Assembly: GCA_024687125.1 (NCBI GenBank)
Contig: JAILFA010000036.1
Coordinates: forward strand, 37,801-101,800
DNA: 64,000 nt
Direction: 5' to 3'
Source of the DNA: Lachnospiraceae bacterium
GTDB taxonomy: Bacteria > Bacillota > Clostridia > Lachnospirales > Lachnospiraceae
Position 1 is the first letter of the stretch, and each line of letters begins with the position of its first letter. Positions 61,450-64,000 of this stretch are shown piece by piece. The position numbers and the translations under genes were made by a program. The notes beneath the pieces are model-generated. The model searched no databases. It was not told the origin of the DNA and saw only the letters and a program-made list of their open reading frames with translations.

Positions 61450-62078
61450 GCGGCGGGTTTGTTTCATATCATCTGTTATTCATTATCAACAGCGTCGCTC
61501 TCGGAGCGGGTCTCGCCATGGACGCGTTTTCCGTCTCCGTCGCCAACGGCCTGCGGGAGCCGAAGATGCTCCGCCGGCGCATGTTCGCGATTGCAGGGGT
61601 CTATGCCGGTTTCCAGTTCCTGATGCCCCTGACGGGATGGTTTCTCGTCCACACGGCGATCACCGTGTTTTCCGCCATGGAGCCGTTCATTCCCTGGATC
61701 GCCCTGCTGCTCCTTGTGTTCATCGGCGGCAAGATGATCCTGGAGGGGATCCGGGAATCACGGGACGCCGGCAGTGACGCCCCCGCTCACTCCCCCGCCG
61801 AGGAAAAGAGCGTGGTCTCCCTTCGCCTGCTGCTCGTTCAGGGGATCGCCACCTCGATCGACGCTCTGTCCGTCGGTTTCACCATCGCTGAGTATCAGGT
61901 ACTGGAAGCGCTGTGCAGTTCACTGATCATAGGTTCCATAACGCTTGTTATTTGCCTGGCCGGACTCCGGCTCGGCAAGGCCTTCGGGCTGCGCCTTGCC
62001 CACCGCGCCACGATCCTCGGCGGCATCATTCTCATTGCGATCGGCCTCGAGATCTGGATCTCGGGCGTCTTTTTCTGA
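61446..62078 (+). CDS. mntP: Manganese efflux pump MntP family
   Basis: GLAMDAFSVS, FQFLMP, GIATSIDAL, GGIILIAIG. Confidence 0.9.
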   Translation: MSGGFVSYHLLFIINSVALGAGLAMDAFSVSVANGLREPKMLRRRMFAIAGVYAGFQFLMPLTGWFLVHTAITVFSAMEPFIPWIALLLLVFIGGKMILEGIRESRDAGSDAPAHSPAEEKSVVSLRLLLVQGIATSIDALSVGFTIAEYQVLEALCSSLIIGSITLVICLAGLRLGKAFGLRLAHRATILGGIILIAIGLEIWISGVFF

Positions 62079-62109
62079 AAGTATCCGGCTTCTCTTTTCT
62101 TTATGTTTG

Positions 62110-62138
62110 TTGACAGGATCGCCTTCGCGTTGTATTCT
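62110..62138 (+). promoter_or_regulatory. Sigma-A promoter of typA
   Basis: TTGACA-17-TATTCT. Confidence 0.7.
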
Positions 62139-62212
62139 TTTTCATCGGTGCAAACATAATATATAAGTAGTCTCCGGTGAAGAAGACATCGGCAGAGAGA
62201 GGATCCCGCATT

Positions 62213-64000
62213 ATGAAACAGACAAGAAATGACGTCCGCAATGTTGCCATCATCGCCCACGTCGACCACGGCAAAACGACGCTGGTAGACGGGCTGCTCC
62301 GGCAGAGCGGCATCTTCCGTGAGAATCAGGAGGTCGTTGAGCGCGTGATGGATTCCAACGACATCGAACGCGAGCGCGGCATCACCATTCTTTCCAAGAA
62401 TACAGCCATCACCTATAAGGACATCAAGATCAATATCATCGACACCCCCGGCCACGCGGATTTCGGCGGTGAGGTCGAGCGCGTGCTCAAGATGGTCAAC
62501 GGCGTCATCCTCGTCGTCGACGCTTTCGAAGGGCCGATGCCGCAGACCAAGTTCGTTCTGAGAAAAGCCATGGAGCTGCGCCTCCCGGTCATCGTCTGCG
62601 TCAACAAGATCGACCGCCCCGAGGCCCGGCCCAAGGAGGTCATCGATGAGGTGCTCGAGCTCCTGATGGATCTGGGCGCGGACGACAAGCAGATCGACTG
62701 CCCCTTCGTCTTTGCCTCCGCCAAGGCGGGGACCTCTTCCATGGATCCCGAGGATGCCGGAACGGATCTGCAGCCGCTGCTGGACACGATCATCAACTAT
62801 ATCCCGGCGCCCGTCGGCGATCCCGAGGCGGGCACACAGATGCTGATCTCCACGATCGACTACAACGAATATGTCGGCCGGATCGGTGTCGGCAAGATCG
62901 ACAACGGTTCGCTCAAGGTCGGCCAGGAGGTCGTTATCGTCAATCACCACGACGAGTCCAAGCTGATCAAGACCAAGGTCAGCAAGCTCTATGAGTTTGA
63001 GGGCTTAAACAAGATCGAGGTGCAGGAGGCCGGCATCGGCTCCATCGTCGCGATCTCCGGCATCGACGCGATCCGCATCGGTGACACCCTCTGCTCCCCT
63101 GACGCACCGAAGGCGATCCCGTTCCAGAAGATCTCGGAGCCCACGATCGCGATGAATTTCATCGTCAATGATTCCCCGCTCGCCGGCCAGGAGGGCAAGT
63201 ATGTCACGAGCCGCCATCTGCGCGACCGCCTCTACCGCGAGCTCAACACGGATGTGTCCCTGCGTGTCGAAGACACGGAGACGACCGAGACCTTCAAGGT
63301 CTCCGGCCGCGGAGAGCTGCACCTCTCGGTCCTGATCGAGAATATGCGCCGAGAGGGCTACGAATTCGCCGTGAGCAAGGCGGAGGTCATCTACAAAGAG
63401 GATGAGAACGGCAAGAAGCTGGAGCCGATGGAGACCTGCGTCATCGATGTGCCGGAGGAGTTCTCCGGCAATGTCATCCAGAAGCTCGGCATGCGCAAGG
63501 GCGAGCTGGTCTCCATGGGCGAGTCCGGCGGCGGCTACACGCGCCTGACCTTTAAGATCCCCTCGAGGGGCCTCATCGGCTACCGCGGGGATTTCCTGAC
63601 CGACACCAAGGGCAACGGCATCATGAACACAGTCTTCGAAGGCTACGAGCCCTACAAGGGGGACATCTCCTACCGCGGGCAGGGCTCACTCATCGCGTTT
63701 GAGTCCGGCGAAGCCGTGACCTATGGTCTGTTCAACGCGCAGGAGCGCGGCGCGCTCTTCATCGGGCCGGGGACAAAGGTCTATTCCGGCATGGTCATCG
63801 GTGAGAGCTCCAGAAATGAAGATATCGAGGTCAATGTCTGTAAGACCAAGCACCTGACCAATACCCGTACCTCGTCCTCGGATGAGGCGCTGCGCCTGGT
63901 GCCGCCCAAGCAGATGAGTCTTGAGCAGTGCATTGAGTTCATCGACACGGACGAGCTGCTCGAGATCACGCCCGAGAGCCTCCGGATCCGCAAGCGCATC
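62213..64000 (+). CDS. typA: Translational GTPase TypA/BipA (runs off the window end; not in the ORF track)
   Basis: Manual translation: [57 protein letters not shown]. Confidence 0.96.
   Translation, partial: MKQTRNDVRNVAIIAHVDHGKTTLVDGLLRQSGIFRENQEVVERVMDSNDIERERGITILSKNTAITYKDIKINIIDTPGHADFGGEVERVLKMVNGVILVVDAFEGPMPQTKFVLRKAMELRLPVIVCVNKIDRPEARPKEVIDEVLELLMDLGADDKQIDCPFVFASAKAGTSSMDPEDAGTDLQPLLDTIINYIPAPVGDPEAGTQMLISTIDYNEYVGRIGVGKIDNGSLKVGQEVVIVNHHDESKLIKTKVSKLYEFEGLNKIEVQEAGIGSIVAISGIDAIRIGDTLCSPDAPKAIPFQKISEPTIAMNFIVNDSPLAGQEGKYVTSRHLRDRLYRELNTDVSLRVEDTETTETFKVSGRGELHLSVLIENMRREGYEFAVSKAEVIYKEDENGKKLEPMETCVIDVPEEFSGNVIQKLGMRKGELVSMGESGGGYTRLTFKIPSRGLIGYRGDFLTDTKGNGIMNTVFEGYEPYKGDISYRGQGSLIAFESGEAVTYGLFNAQERGALFIGPGTKVYSGMVIGESSRNEDIEVNVCKTKHLTNTRTSSSDEALRLVPPKQMSLEQCIEFIDTDELLEITPESLRIRKRI

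Overview
GC-rich (~58-60%) chromosomal window from a Clostridia-type Firmicute; gene content and order look Lachnospiraceae-like. It is almost all housekeeping and mostly on the minus strand. In transcription order it contains: pyrH-frr-uppS-cdsA-dxr-rseP-ispG-polC followed by an HD-GYP and a metallophosphoesterase gene; a cheY / polysaccharide deacetylase / bactofilin block; infC-rpmI-rplT with an L20 leader; gntR-clpC-radA; purine and pyrimidine genes; an MBOAT-SGNH pair; valS; a nuclease-XPD helicase; asnA; TPP riboswitch-thiT; addAB; a split purH; mntP; and typA (truncated). I saw no mobile element, CRISPR array, rRNA or tRNA. The main unexplained signal is a dispersed AT-rich palindrome with core ATAWCR-NN-YGWTAT, ideal form AAAATATCA-NN-TGATATTTT. 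I found about 24 copies by eye. Most lie inside GC-rich coding sequences, where they occur in different reading frames and coincide with rare codons, and their density rises steeply toward 48-62 kb. This looks like an uncharacterised chromosome-organising binding site (matS/NBS-like) rather than an ordinary operator. A 480-bp AT-rich intergenic island upstream of valS also carries XerD/dif-like arms and DnaA-like and Spo0A-like boxes.
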